Shown here one piece after another: positions 36,389 through 48,398 of a stretch of DNA of 64,000 bases (its first letter is position 1; each line of letters starts with the position of its first letter). A program made the position numbers and the translations under genes. This DNA is from Fimicolochytrium jonesii. Lineage: Eukaryota. The notes beneath the pieces were generated by a model. That model saw only the letters and a list, made by a program, of their open reading frames with translations. It did not search any database and was not told the DNA's origin. The stretch covers positions 248,001-312,000 of the forward strand of contig NW_026515680.1 of the NCBI RefSeq assembly GCF_025526975.1, in the 5' to 3' direction.

Positions 36389-38059
36389 ATGGCCTCCACT
36401 GCTCCACCAACAACGACGACGGGCGGCGGGACAGTGGAGCGATACCTCACAAAAGAACACTTTGCAAGTCTCGTACGACAACATGCGGTTACCATATCCG
36501 CTACTTCTGCTGCCATTACTTGTGTTTTTATTGGGTTTCCTGTAGGTACCGTGAGCCGCGAGTGATAGCCAGCGACTGCGATGAGCGAAGCGAGGCGCAG
36601 GAATGCTTGAAGCAGGCGAGCCCGTAGGCGAGGCTCATTGCGCCAAAGGGGCAATGCTTCCCTTAATCACGGTTTTTTGGCGAGCCTCAGCCAGCGTCAG
36701 ATCTTTTAGCGAGCGAAGCGAGCTATGCTCCTGCTCACCGCAACCCAACATCCTCGTCGCGAGCGGAGTTTGTTGATGGTTGACGCTCGATGTTTGATGG
36801 TGGTTGATGATTGATGGTGGTTGATAGGTTGATATTGACATTGACATTCATGCCTCCATACATCCAGTTCGACTCGATTAAAACGCGAATGCAAGCGTTC
36901 CGATATCCCTCAACAATAGCCTGCGTGCGCCAGACATACAACGCCGAAGGAATAGCCGGGTTTTTCAGAGGAGTTGTTCCCGTGGCCACCTCCGTCGCTG
37001 TGCTGCGATCGATATCGTTTTCGCTGTACAATAGCGGGAAATCGGAGATTAAGGGGTTCCTGCCGTCGGGGATGGATCCTTTGACGGCTATTATGATACA
37101 GAGCTCGCTGTCGGGGAGTTTCTCGGGGATGGTGCTGGCGACTTTGAATGCTCCGATTGAGTTCATTAAGGTATGAGGTGGAGAACTGAGGATTCGGCAG
37201 TGGCGCCGCGGCAGCAGATTGCGGCAAATGAGCTAAAACGGTTCACTTCACAGGTGCAAAAACAACTCGAACGTTTATCATTCACACCATCAAATGCAGC
37301 AGCAACGAAAATCGCCGAAGAAGCGATAAAGTCCGTACCAACAGCAGCAGCAGGGCTAGGCGAAGGCGCAACCACCGTGGATCCCAAATCCGTAGCAGAG
37401 AGCACACGGAGACCATCCCACGGCTCATCTCACGGATCATCATCAACACAACCGCCCAAAACATCATCGACACCAATAATATCTCGACCCTCCCCACCTT
37501 CAACACCTGCCTCCTCACCCCAAACCACCAAATCCACAGCTCAATGGGCAAAACACATCGTAGTCCTCAAAGGCCCACAAGGCCTCTACTCCGGTTTCCC
37601 CATGCATCTCCTCCGCGACGCGCTAGGGACGGGGATGTACTTTTGTGGGTATGAGACTGTGAAGCATCTTATGACCCCGACGGGAGCGACCGCGGGGCCG
37701 TTGACGCATATGCTTGCTGGAGGGCTGGCGGGGACCTGTTCGTGGGTTGTTTTGTTTCCTATTGACATGTAAGTCTGAACTCATCTCATCACTTTCTTAC
37801 TCCACCTCCCACCTGTCTGACTCCCTTCCCCATCTCGCAAAACCACAGAACGAAATCAGTAATCCAACGCGAAGCCCTGCACGACCAACCCAAATACAAA
37901 TCCTCCCTGCACTTCATCCGCGCGCGCTGGGCGAAACAAGGCATCCGCGGCTTCTACGTCGGCATCGGCCCGCAGCTGCTGCGGTCGTTTCCCGTGCATT
38001 CGATCAATTTCTTGGTGTATGAGCAGATGTTGGCTTGGTGTCGCGGGTTTAATTCGTAG
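36389..38059 (+). CDS. Mitochondrial carrier (SLC25), amino-acid/carnitine-type subfamily, four exons
   Basis: Carrier signatures PFDSIKTRMQ, PIEFIKVQKQ and PIDITKSVIQ; GFFRG/GLYSG/GFYVG motifs; RD at contact point II (HLLRDALGTGMYF). Confidence 0.92.
36549..36728 (+). repeat. Dispersed intronic element, copy B (carrier intron 1, 36542-36867)
   Basis: Homologous to copy A. Two GAGCGAAGCGAG motifs; hairpin CATTGCGCC-AAA-GGGGCAATG at 36636-36656. Confidence 0.8.
36771..36846 (+). repeat. Degenerate (G)TTGAT/TTGAC simple-repeat tract in carrier intron 1
   Basis: gttgatggttgacgctcgatgtttgatggtggttgatgattgatggtggttgataggttgatattgacattgac. Confidence 0.6.
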
Positions 38060-38685
38060 GCGTTGAGTGGTGTTTTTTGACATACGGTGTATTTGGGTGG
38101 CGGGTAGATTAGATGACTGCCGGTGAGGTAGATGTTATTCATAGACTTGTACATATACGAATATACTTGATAACACATCTGAATTCCTCGCTTTCAAACA
38201 TGCACAATATATATGCTCAGTATATACCGTCCGTTAGCCTGTTCTTTGCAAGCTGCAGACGTTCCGGCAGAGCTCTTGGAGGAAGAACTCGTGATGATTT
38301 TGGTAGCGTAACACGCGAAACCAGCGACGGCGAGATGGACGAAAGAAGCCGAGGACGAATGTAGCCAGAGCGAGCCAGATAAAGCAGATTGCCGATCGCC
38401 GATTCTGAAGGGGCGAACTTGCGGGAGTACATCGGCACTGGCGAAGAGCGAGAAATGTGAAGGTTGCTGACCGAGAAGCCATGGGTGTCGGTAATATGCG
38501 GTGGGAACTCAGAATGGATATTGTGGAAAAAAGTGAGAAAGTGGGAGTGGAGCGTCTCGCAGACGGGAAAGGACGGCCGAAGGAAGCGAGAGTCGGGCCC
38601 TCGAATGGTTGAGCCCGAATAGGCCTGCCGTTGAAATCCGCTAACCCCGTTATGACCGGGACCCTTGCATATTTGCATTCCATCG

Positions 38686-38706
38686 ACGCGTGAGAGAAAA
38701 ACGCGT
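38686..38706. promoter_or_regulatory. Tandem MCB-like boxes (ACGCGT x2) upstream of the Nur1/Mug154-like gene
   Basis: ACGCGT at 38686-38691 and 38701-38706, about 220 bp before ATG 38923. Confidence 0.4.
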
Positions 38707-38922
38707 GAGGCCCTGATTACGAGAGTTTGATCAGATATGGAGTAGCACAGCCACCCGTTGAGATGCATCCGAACGGGGAAAAGCGCAGAGCTTCATTTCT
38801 CTCGCACGATCGGAAGCGCAATTTGAAAACGCAATACTACATCACGACTCACCACTGGCAAACCCCTCTCGCGCCAGTCAGCTCATCAAGCCCCGATCCT
38901 CAGCAGATAAGTTGCGGCAAAG

Positions 38923-40857
38923 ATGCCACAGCCGCGTTCACCGCGGAAAGTGCGACGAGTCTCCTTCAAAGAACGGGCGTCCACCGCGCCTTTCGACTCC
39001 TGGATGCTCTTACAAGAGTCCATAGCCGCTATCGACTGGGAAGGGATTTTCACAAAGCTGAGGTATGTCAGGGATTCCCGTAAGGGGAAGTGTTCATTGA
39101 CTGCCGAAATTTGGCGGACCTCTGTCCACTGACGAAAATGCGGACGCGATCACCCCAGTTATGCGATCGTGGTGGTGTTGAACGCGGGGTATATTGCCGT
39201 GAAGTACCATCAGAACGGCGATATAATGTTGGAGAGGGACTCGGCGGAACCCTGGGACCCTTCGTTGGTGGGTGGCAAAGTTGAAGATCGCTTATCATCG
39301 CGCGCCACAGGCAGTTTTCCTGATAAGTCAGCCCGTTTCCTAGGTTCAATTAGCTGAATTTCTTATATGGGCGATATGCGGGCTAAATACAGTGTACATG
39401 TTTACCCGGTCAAGGAGTTACCTGCTGTTCAAGCAACCCACAAAGGTAAGAAGGAGGAAACGACATATGCCCCGTTTTTCTCGTGTAGGGTATTAACCAC
39501 ATTGTCGGCAGCCGAACCCATATAACCCACAGGATCGCACATGGATGATTACAAGTCCAAACGCGGAGCTTGTCTCGGTGGATTTGACGGGAGCGGTGAG
39601 GGAGGACGATGCGAACGGGGGAAAAGGCCGAGTCAAGCGATGGTTTGCTTTCATGTAAGGAGATCGCCCGGCATGGCGTGTTGAAGACTTGGCGGGCATT
39701 CAATGCTGACAGCACTATACATGACTGTGTTAGCTGGAGATCATGGCGAAAGGTCCCAGAGCAACAGCCCCCGATCGTACGGCAGGTGTGGCGGCTAAAG
39801 GTGTGGAACCCTTCACCGGGATCGCAGCACCTATTTTGGTATGTTCGAATCCACCTTTCGCCATGCTTCTACTTGCACAAAGGATCACGGCTGAATACCT
39901 ATTCGCGCGTTGCAAAGTTGGTTCTCGCCAGTCCAAGTGGCGATCATGCACAACATCAACAGCGAAAACTGGAAGTATTTTGTTATCATGGCCGCCATTT
40001 GCGCAATAATAGTGAGCACCATTCGTTCCTCGGCTAATATGCCTTCGCATCGTCTCATCACCGTCTCGTCCAATAGACGTGGTCACTAGTAAACTTCTAC
40101 CAAAACGTCATACGCGACCGCGAGATTTTGTCGGGCCAGCTGCTCTCAGAGTTCTCTCAAGCGATGTACCAGCTTGAAAACTTCCCACCACCGCGCAAGT
40201 TCGATATTATCACGCATGGGTTGGAGGGACGGGCTAGTGTGCTTAATGCGGGGGCGGTGGATGAGATGGGCGTGATTGAGCAGACGGAGTTTGAAAGGTA
40301 GGGATTGGAGGTATCGGGTTGTGTCAGCGATGTTTTGCGTTGGCGCTCGCGCACATCGGGTGTGCAGATCCTACAACTTTACATGATAAATGTCCAATAA
40401 CCTCATCCACTCTCCTTGTCACAGCGAGGAAGCCCGAGCTCGAAAAGAATACCACGCCGGTCAAGAGCTCGCCGAGCAATGGGTCGAATCCACCACCTCC
40501 CACTCCAAAGCCTGGTCAGACCCAAACGCACCCGACCCAGACGAAGGTCAGGACTCGAACACCGGTAACAACGGGATCACCACCACCACGACAACGACCG
40601 TCGACACAACATACATGTTTGCCCACCGCACCGCGCCATTACCGCGCCCGCCTGGTACGCCCGTCAACGGGAACGGACACTGGCCATTGGGGTTGGAAAG
40701 GGGTACAGGGGAGAACGATGAAAACAAGGCGCCGCAGCGGGTGTTTGCGGAACGGCTGACGAGTCCGGTTGTGACGGCTCCTGTGGACAGGTTGAGCCCG
40801 GATAAGTCGTTTGTGAATGTGTTTCAGTCGCCTGCTTCGGCGAGGAGGAGACGGTGA
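38923..40857 (+). CDS. Nur1/Mug154-like (DUF2418) nuclear-rim membrane protein, multi-exon
   Basis: N-terminus RKVRRVSFKERASTAPFDSWMLLQESIAAIDW; VWRLKVWNPSPGSQHLF-intron-WFSPVQV; hydrophobic segments; FYQNVIRDREILSGQLLSEF; low-complexity tail. Confidence 0.7.
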
Positions 40858-41143
40858 GGGATTCGTTGGGGAGGTGTGTTGCGCGTATGGCTGTTCGATG
40901 AGCATATGTATTTATGTACCCGGGGCATGGCGACCAGTAAATAGTGGTAAGAGGTGCGCGGCAAGCGCGCCCAGTTATCTGTAATGAGGGCTTGGGAAGG
41001 GTTTACATAACCGAATCCATTTGCGATTGGAGTCCTTTAGAAATTTGGGATGCAAATATGTGTTTTATTGAAAGCTCTATCTAAGCGTCAACTTCCATAT
41101 AATAGCAAGAATAGAATCAGAAAAACGCCGCAGCCTCCAGAAC

Positions 41144-42577
41144 TCATACGTCCTCCTTATCCAGCACCGTCCGCACCCTACTCCTAAAATCATCCCAATT
41201 GATATACGCCCCCGTCAACCGCCTATACCCCGTAAACGACGCCCTTCCATGCAACACTCTCCAGTTATCCACCATTGCCGCTCTACCCGGCTGCAGTTTG
41301 ATCCATAGCTCGTTAGCCGGATCCCGCATCAACTTCGTCCACTCGCGCAAAGCGGCGTAGAATTCACGCACGTCCGCGGGCGAGAGACCGACCAGTGGAG
41401 ATCGGTCGTCGTTGTTGAAGCGGATCTGGTAGAGTGCGCCGGTGGCTGGGTCGTGGTTGAGGATGGGGAAGGTGTGCGCGGGTTTGATGTGGGTGTTGGC
41501 GTCGCCGGCGGAGTGGGCGGATATCCGCGTGCGGGAGAGGACGTCGTATGCCCATGGGTGTGAAGTGCGTAGTCGATCAGCCACGTGGAAGGCGTCGACG
41601 TACAGGGACTCCCCACCGACACCACCGGAGTGTTCGAGGATATGGAAGAGTTGCAGGCCGATGGGGTCGGTGAAGTAGGTGGTGTCAGTGTGGGCGGGGA
41701 GGGCGATAGCGGTGTAGGCGGTGTCGCCGTGGGCCATGTTGGCGGAGACGTCCCAGAAGCCGCCGTAGTGGGTTTCGCGGATGAACGCAATTCGGCGGGC
41801 GAGTTTTTCGGTCGCTTCGGGGGTCGTGGGCACGCCGTCGACGAAGCCGATACCGTAGATGTCGGTGTTTTCTAGCCATTTCGCTAGGCCTTCTTCGGTG
41901 TTCATCACGTCGTCAAAGCGCACTGATGGGATGGTTTGGGCAATTTCCCGATCCCAGAGCAGTTTCGGTCGTTTGCGACCCGCAGGTTCAACAGGCTGCA
42001 GCTTTGGCGCATAGCTGTGTTTACGAAGCCATGCCAAGTCGTAAGATGTCACATGCCCATCATTCGCCCAAGAGATATCCAGCTTCGTCTGATCCGCAGA
42101 GACAACCATCTGTGTCGGTTTGATATCTGCTGGAATCGAGCATGTATCCAAAAGCCGTTGTTTCGTCACCTGGTGGAAACATGCAGGACATCTACAGTGG
42201 TCCCGCAACCAGATCGAATCGAACGCCGTCACGGCACCGTCTGGGAAACGTACGGAAACGACGTACTGTGCTGGGTCGGATATCCACGCTTCTAGCTCGG
42301 CTCCGCTAGTATCGGGTTTTGCGGACGGAGTCGCATTAGGCAACAAGACGGGACTTGTTGGGGTGGTGAGGAAGCGGCAGGCTGGGATGATAGGGTTCGT
42401 AAGCGGAAGACGGCTGCTCGACCATCTTATTGGGGTTGCTGATGCCGAGTGCAGCGACGCCACGTTTCTCAACGCTGCGGAGTTGAACGCAGCCGCAGCG
42501 CCATTGCGGTTCAAGAGAGACGCGGAAAGAACACGGCTGCCGACGAGGTGCTGGGGGCGTAGATAGAGCGAGGCCAT
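41144..42577 (-). CDS. TMLHE: Trimethyllysine dioxygenase (TMLD; carnitine biosynthesis step 1), mitochondrial, intronless
   Basis: Presequence-like N-terminus; WLRDHCRCPACFHQVTKQRL Zn site; IRETHYGGFWD; DTAYT..LPAHTDTTYFTDP (HxD); DNWRVLHGR; RRLTGAY. Confidence 0.92.
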   Translation of the reverse strand: MASLYLRPQHLVGSRVLSASLLNRNGAAAAFNSAALRNVASLHSASATPIRWSSSRLPLTNPIIPACRFLTTPTSPVLLPNATPSAKPDTSGAELEAWISDPAQYVVSVRFPDGAVTAFDSIWLRDHCRCPACFHQVTKQRLLDTCSIPADIKPTQMVVSADQTKLDISWANDGHVTSYDLAWLRKHSYAPKLQPVEPAGRKRPKLLWDREIAQTIPSVRFDDVMNTEEGLAKWLENTDIYGIGFVDGVPTTPEATEKLARRIAFIRETHYGGFWDVSANMAHGDTAYTAIALPAHTDTTYFTDPIGLQLFHILEHSGGVGGESLYVDAFHVADRLRTSHPWAYDVLSRTRISAHSAGDANTHIKPAHTFPILNHDPATGALYQIRFNNDDRSPLVGLSPADVREFYAALREWTKLMRDPANELWIKLQPGRAAMVDNWRVLHGRASFTGYRRLTGAYINWDDFRSRVRTVLDKEDV

Positions 42578-43294
42578 GCGGACAGAAAGGTGTATCGTGA
42601 GTATCGGAAGTCTGGAGTTTTCGAAGTGGTCGGGAGATGTTCGTCTTTATGATTAGTGAATGGAAGTGACGGCCGAGCCTATATATCCCCAAACGGTTCC
42701 GGGTGTATGCGGCCGCAAGAAGCCTTTCGCACAGGCTGCTATTTCTGGCGTTTCTGAAGAGTCTCAAGTGAGTCCGAAGCCTCGGCAAAATGCAGAGCGT
42801 GACTCCGGCGCGCTCCTCAAATAGAAGTCACGCTGCTGACAGTATGGCTTTGAGCTTGCCCGAGATGGATCACAGAGCATGCAAAGCCCGCCGCGGGACC
42901 TTAGCCCTGTGTGAACGGGTTTCATCCAATTGTCAGCGGGTGACGTGAAGTTCGACGGTAGCTTCCTGGGCTCTGTGTTATGATATTGTTCTCTGTTGCG
43001 TGTGGGTGCTTATTCACGCATACCGTATGTGACTGTGCCTTCTGCCCTCAACAAGCAGAGCTCGTGATGAATGGGTCCTACCCAAGCGTGCTTTCTGATC
43101 CATCCGATCCATTGGCCATAAGGACTGCCAGTCGGAGGTACTTGATGTCTAGGAACCTTGTTGAAGGCCATGTCTGGAAAGGGAGGAGGTGTGAGCGACG
43201 CGTTCTGTGAACAGTCACGCGTTTCAACCATCTCCGCACTCCGCACGCCTGCACTCCGAAGAACAGATTCATTAGAACACGCACACTGCAAAAG

Positions 43295-43460
43295 ATGAAC
43301 ATCCCATTCTGCACTTTATCTGCTCGTCGCTAATATCCTCATAATCATTGTCTTTCTCTACGACAAGTGCATGTCACAAGAACAGACTTGCAGAGTCCCA
43401 GAGTACCTACTGCAAGGAACCGCCCTACTAGGTGGATGGCTTGGGGGCTCGACTGTTTAA
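43295..43460 (+). pseudogene. Disrupted DUF1294 (YsdA-like) membrane-protein remnant
   Basis: Frame from 43311 reads ALYLLVANILIIIVFLYDKCMSQEQTCRVPEYLLQGTALLGGWLGG. The nearest ATG (43295) is out of frame by one base, and a stop comes before the expected RHKT motif. Confidence 0.5.
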
Positions 43461-43761
43461 GCGTTCCGTCCATTAGGCGTGGCCATGTCGGCAGCGTGCT
43501 GTTACTCAGCCGGGGTATACATCCGCTGCAAACTTACTCATAATGTCAGCCAGTGCGCAGAATGCGTTCGGTTTCCCCTCGATTTTGAAGCGTTGCGGTG
43601 AGAGTGGATCTACATGAGTGTTCGGGAGGGGCCAATATAACAAGAACTACTCCGTCAATGTCTGTGAAGATCAGATGTTTCTAGCAGGCTACGGCGTATT
43701 GCTACTAGTTGTGATTTGTCCCAATACTGCCTCATATATGGATTGCGTCACGATGCATAAT

Positions 43762-46700
43762 CTATAACGCCAAACCCCGGCAATGTATACCGAATTGCTT
43801 CACCGCTTCCCGAAACTTTTTCACGAACCGCGTGCTTTCAAGCGAGGAGGGAAGTCATCAGGGTCTAGCTAAAGCCGAGAGAGATAGGAGAATACAGCGC
43901 ACTCACCCAACCGCGTTCTTAAGAAACGACTCCTTGTATGCGGCGGTGGCATGATGGGAGGGGAATCCGCCCTGCGCCAGACAATCGTACATCCATTTAT
44001 GCATCGGTTGCGGGTACTTCACCAATAACGCGTAGAGAACATCCGCGAACTTTTCGTCCATAGAACGCGGTTGTCGTCCACCGATGTTCTGGAGGTGAGC
44101 AAAAAGGTTGGCATGACATCAAGAGGCTGATGCGAGATTTGAGATTTGTGGCGTCCATCCAACTCCGTAAGAGCTAGTAGGATATCCAAACTCTCTTACC
44201 TGAAGCAATTCATAGACAATGTTGGCGCCCACGCTCTCCACCACACCTCGCACGAACGCAGCCACATCCGACTCGCCACTGTCGAGATGGACAAAAACCG
44301 ATATGAAATGTGCGACGGGCTCTACCGCGAACCTTTCATGTACCGATAGGCCTCTGAGCAGAAGCCCGCCGAAAAGGCTTTGGGTCAGGCTGGCGTCAAT
44401 TGTGAGGAATGCCCGAGGGCACTTTTCAGCGAACTGTTTCCGCAGTAGGAAGATTACCAAGGTCAGTCGGGTGCGGCATTGGCACAAGGAGATGTAGATG
44501 GTTGCAAAACCGATAACTTACCCTTGTGAGCATAGCAAACGCAGACTGCACCAAATCGGGATATTCCACCACGTCGTGCTGCTGCAGGAACGCGATTGTG
44601 ATTCTACACAGCTCGGAAAGAAGGCTCGCCAGACTCCAATCGTCAGCACTGACTGGTTCGCCCGCGGCCCAACTTCCTCCATATGCTGTGACGATGCCGG
44701 CAGCCGTGTCGAGGAAGCATGCATGCAAATGTTCGGAGTAGTTTCGGACGATCAGGTCATTCAGAGACCGGAGGTTGAGAGTGAAGATTGGTAGGGAGTT
44801 GCGCAATGCTTCGTTGATGAAGGAACATAGTTCCTGATATCGACACGGGGTTGGTTTAGGACCGTACAGCTCCCTGGAGGTACATCCAGAACGCATGTTT
44901 TCCACGCTCACCTTCATAACCTCAGCATCAGCAGCAAAGGACCTGCAAATGCCCTGCGTCATATCCCACATGACACTAGCCACCATAGCCTGATGTGGAT
45001 CGCTAGTGCCCTGAGCGGGCGGCGCGTCGTGTTCCGATACTACCAAGGACACCAGGTCGTCCGGTTGCTGGATACCTTTGCATATGGATCTCAGGCAAGT
45101 CAACTGCTGTATGACGATCTCTTCACCCTTGTCGGCATCCTGGCGAGATCATTTCAGCTTGAAGTCGATCGGCAGCCTGAGTGAACTGTCGGTGACGCAC
45201 CTGGGGCCCTCCTTCTAGCGCCGTCTTGATGTCTTTAATGATGCTTTCTATCAGCACCAATAGCCTGGGCAGCAGAGCCTCGGATGGTAAGCTTTGAACC
45301 ACATTCCCAATCGCTTTCACCAGCCTAGACTTCGGGATCAGCTGGGGATCCGGCAGGAACAAATTGTAAGTGCACGACAAGCCCACTCAACCCTGAGGCA
45401 TCGCCACAAGCGTACCGATAAGGACGGCCCAGCACCCAACCAAAGCTCAATCAATGGATCAACCTCCTCAACCAACTCTTTGCGACACACGTCACATATG
45501 GTGAGAAGCCCGTCGACAGCAGCTTTCGCAACCGCCGGACTTGTTACGCACGTCGCCAGATATCGAATAGCAAGCCGTAAATGGTCAGGATGCTCCTTGA
45601 GCCATTCACTATATGATCCTAGATCGCAACCCATGAGTTTCACCAGTCATTGAGCCTCTTTTACCAATGTGCCAACCGACCAATGAGCAGACATGTGGTG
45701 ATTCTGAGCCTTGTAAGAACGAAGGACTTGGAGCTGCTAGCTATGGTCGTAGCAGCGAGTTCGGTGATTTGAGCCAAATAATCAGCGCCAAAGATCCGGC
45801 CCAGCCATTGTTGTTTGTCGTCGTGGACAGAGTCGCTAACCGAGCGGATGGCGTATAAAGTGGCCTCCAGTGGCTGGAACACCTAATCAATCACAGGTGT
45901 CGAACGGTATGCAATGAACCTCGCGACATACCTGCCATGGGGCGACCCGACTCTTTACTTCGGCCCATTGCTGGATTGCGCGGGGTACACAATACGCCAG
46001 TACTCCCTCTCCGAGAACATCATACGCCAGCAAAATGGTATCACTACAATCGCGACGATAGAAGTTGAACTTTTCTCGGAGATCTGATGAAGACAAGCTT
46101 CCTTTAGCATTTCCTTATACACTCACGATCCCCGGAATTGCCCCCATCACGCCGTACCTTTGGGCCACTCAGTCCATTCAGCCTCTGGCGGAAACGTCAT
46201 TTTCTGGCACAGAATCTCTACAAGCTTCCCAAAAACCGTCCGTGCAGCTTCCAGCGCGGCGGCATGTTGGTCGCGTTTTGCTTGCGAGCCTGAGCTGAGG
46301 CCAGTGTTCTCCACGCCCTCAAGTAAGACTCCTGACAGGTTTACAGGCACGTCGAGATCATCCGGTTCAACGAACCGGACGCCTGATGACTCACTCATAT
46401 CTTCATAAGTATCTTGGATGGTTTCGACTTCTTCTTGTAGCAAGGCCCAAAACTCCAAAGGTAGTTCACTGCAGTGCGTTGATGTGGTCAATGAATCTGA
46501 CAACCGTCAAGGAACATGGCTAATGGCACTTACGAGACCTCCTGATCAGCTCCGAAGTAACCACCGTACGCGGTGAACTGTAGCATCATGTTCAGAAATG
46601 TTATGGTCTCTGGTCTTGTCATCGTTTTGGCATTGCAGGTGAACAAGCCGTCCCCGAACTCAACGCAGAGGCGGCAAATGCTGCGGGTGATCGTGTCGTC

Positions 46701-48054
46701 TTGTTCTGTGGGTGTAGTTTCCAGATGGTTGAGCAAGGTTGCTCTCTTCACGCCTACCGACTCGTCTGCGCCAACCAACCTTCAATAGCTTTCAGAAACT
46801 GTTGATGCAACCATCCAGTCGTAATGAGCAGCAGCATGTTCTCTTTCAGATATGACTTCAGCACCGGATCGATCTTGCAGAGCATCAAATCGGCGAGAAC
46901 GTCCATGGCAGTCTCGAACAAATCCGGTTCCGGCAGAGCTTGGACCGTAATCTGCACTAACGGAGCGACCAGCCTATAAGGAGGATTCTCAGCATAATTC
47001 CAACGACATTCGGGGCAATTGAAGGTATTACCCCATCGGTACTTCATATTGGACCCAACTCAGCATGCAACGCAACGCTTTGGCCTTCAGCTGCCGGAAG
47101 AGCGACGGATCCGTAAGGTTGGAAGGTGCAGATGCCACTAGAGTTGCCTGCACTTTCCCCAATGCGAGGGATGTGTTGTCCATCATCTCCTGCGAAATAT
47201 GTGCCCTGGGACTCATGTTAACACGCAACCGTGCGCCAGATGTGATCCTCTGCGTTGATCCTACTTTCGCCTATTGTCCAGATTGGCCTTTAGAACCTCC
47301 TCCGGCACCAGCGTCAGAAAATCCATCAGAATCATCTGGAACTGGACAGCCACGTCCTGGTCAGCCGTCCTCTGCATTCGCTCGTCCACCATCTCGCAGA
47401 AGGAGGATATGAAGTTTGGCCATATTTTTGTATCGTCCCGTAGAGCAAACAAAGTCAACTACCAGTGATATATTGTTCATTTTATTAGCTCTAGGTCTAC
47501 AAAGATACAAATAGGCATGATTTGCTTACAGAAACGCAGAGCTTCCTCGTTACGAATGGAGGATTCTCCTGATCAAGCAAGCAACGTAGTAGCTCGTCCC
47601 GCAGGGTCTCAAGCTGTTCTCTGGTTAGAGACTTCCTGTAAGGAAAATGGGTCTGTAGGTAATAGTCCTCTGAGTGTCCCTCCCTTCCGAACGCCCTGCC
47701 ATACCAATCGGTCGTTATCTTCGTCTGGAAAGTCAATGCTCCAAAGAATCGTCCATTCGCAGACTGTCCAAAAAACCGCCCTACTATGTCACAACCTGAC
47801 CCGCCAAGAAGGGAATCACCGAGCGCTGCTAAAGTTTACCGGTGACCGCAATAGTTGCGCTGCAACATCCCAAGCTGCCGGTTCTTTCTGCAGCTGCTGC
47901 AGCCAGTTCTGTGCCGCAGCTTTTGCATCGGGTGTGGAACTCAGCGAATAAAGCTGCTCTAATGCCTTTGTGACGGGTTAGCGCATGCGTTCTGGCGAAC
48001 ATTCCCCTTCACTTCCACTTCCGTACTAACTTGTTCGACTGCTGTCACGGACAT
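43762..48054 (-). CDS. Importin-beta family karyopherin, importin-13/transportin-SR-like, many exons
   Basis: MSVTAVEQ-intron-ALEQLY...AQNWLQQLQKEPAAWDVAAQLL; FGALTFQTKI..DW; FLTLVPEEV; KALRCMLSWV; LEATLYAIRSVS; EYPDLVQSAF; ends FGIHCRGLAL. Confidence 0.85.
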
Positions 48055-48398
48055 CCTGAAGTCTGTTGGACCCGCCTATGAGGCAGTGAAGTGTGATACT
48101 GAGAACAGGCGAGTGCTGATCGCCCCGCGTTCGACGTCTGTACTCCTTTCGTTCCCACGCTCAGGAAAGACCCAAGCCAAACACAGACAGTAAATGCAGT
48201 ATAGCTTTACCCGCATAGGAATGCACCTATAGCCTCCCCACCATGTATGTACAGTGCACGTTTACGATTTGCAGTAGAATTCCCGTCGCGTTCACGCCCA
48301 AATTCCGCGCGTTCGAAAGGATATTCTGGTAGATATTCGAGCCCGGATTTGCAGACTACTCTCCTTTCGCTATTTATTGAGCAAACCTACGTCCGTCC

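Noticed and set aside
38727..39083. CGKDATAAF resembling a cytochrome b5 heme-binding motif
   Set aside because: No HPGG motif; the overlapping frame from 38923 matches Nur1/Mug154 and splices onward.
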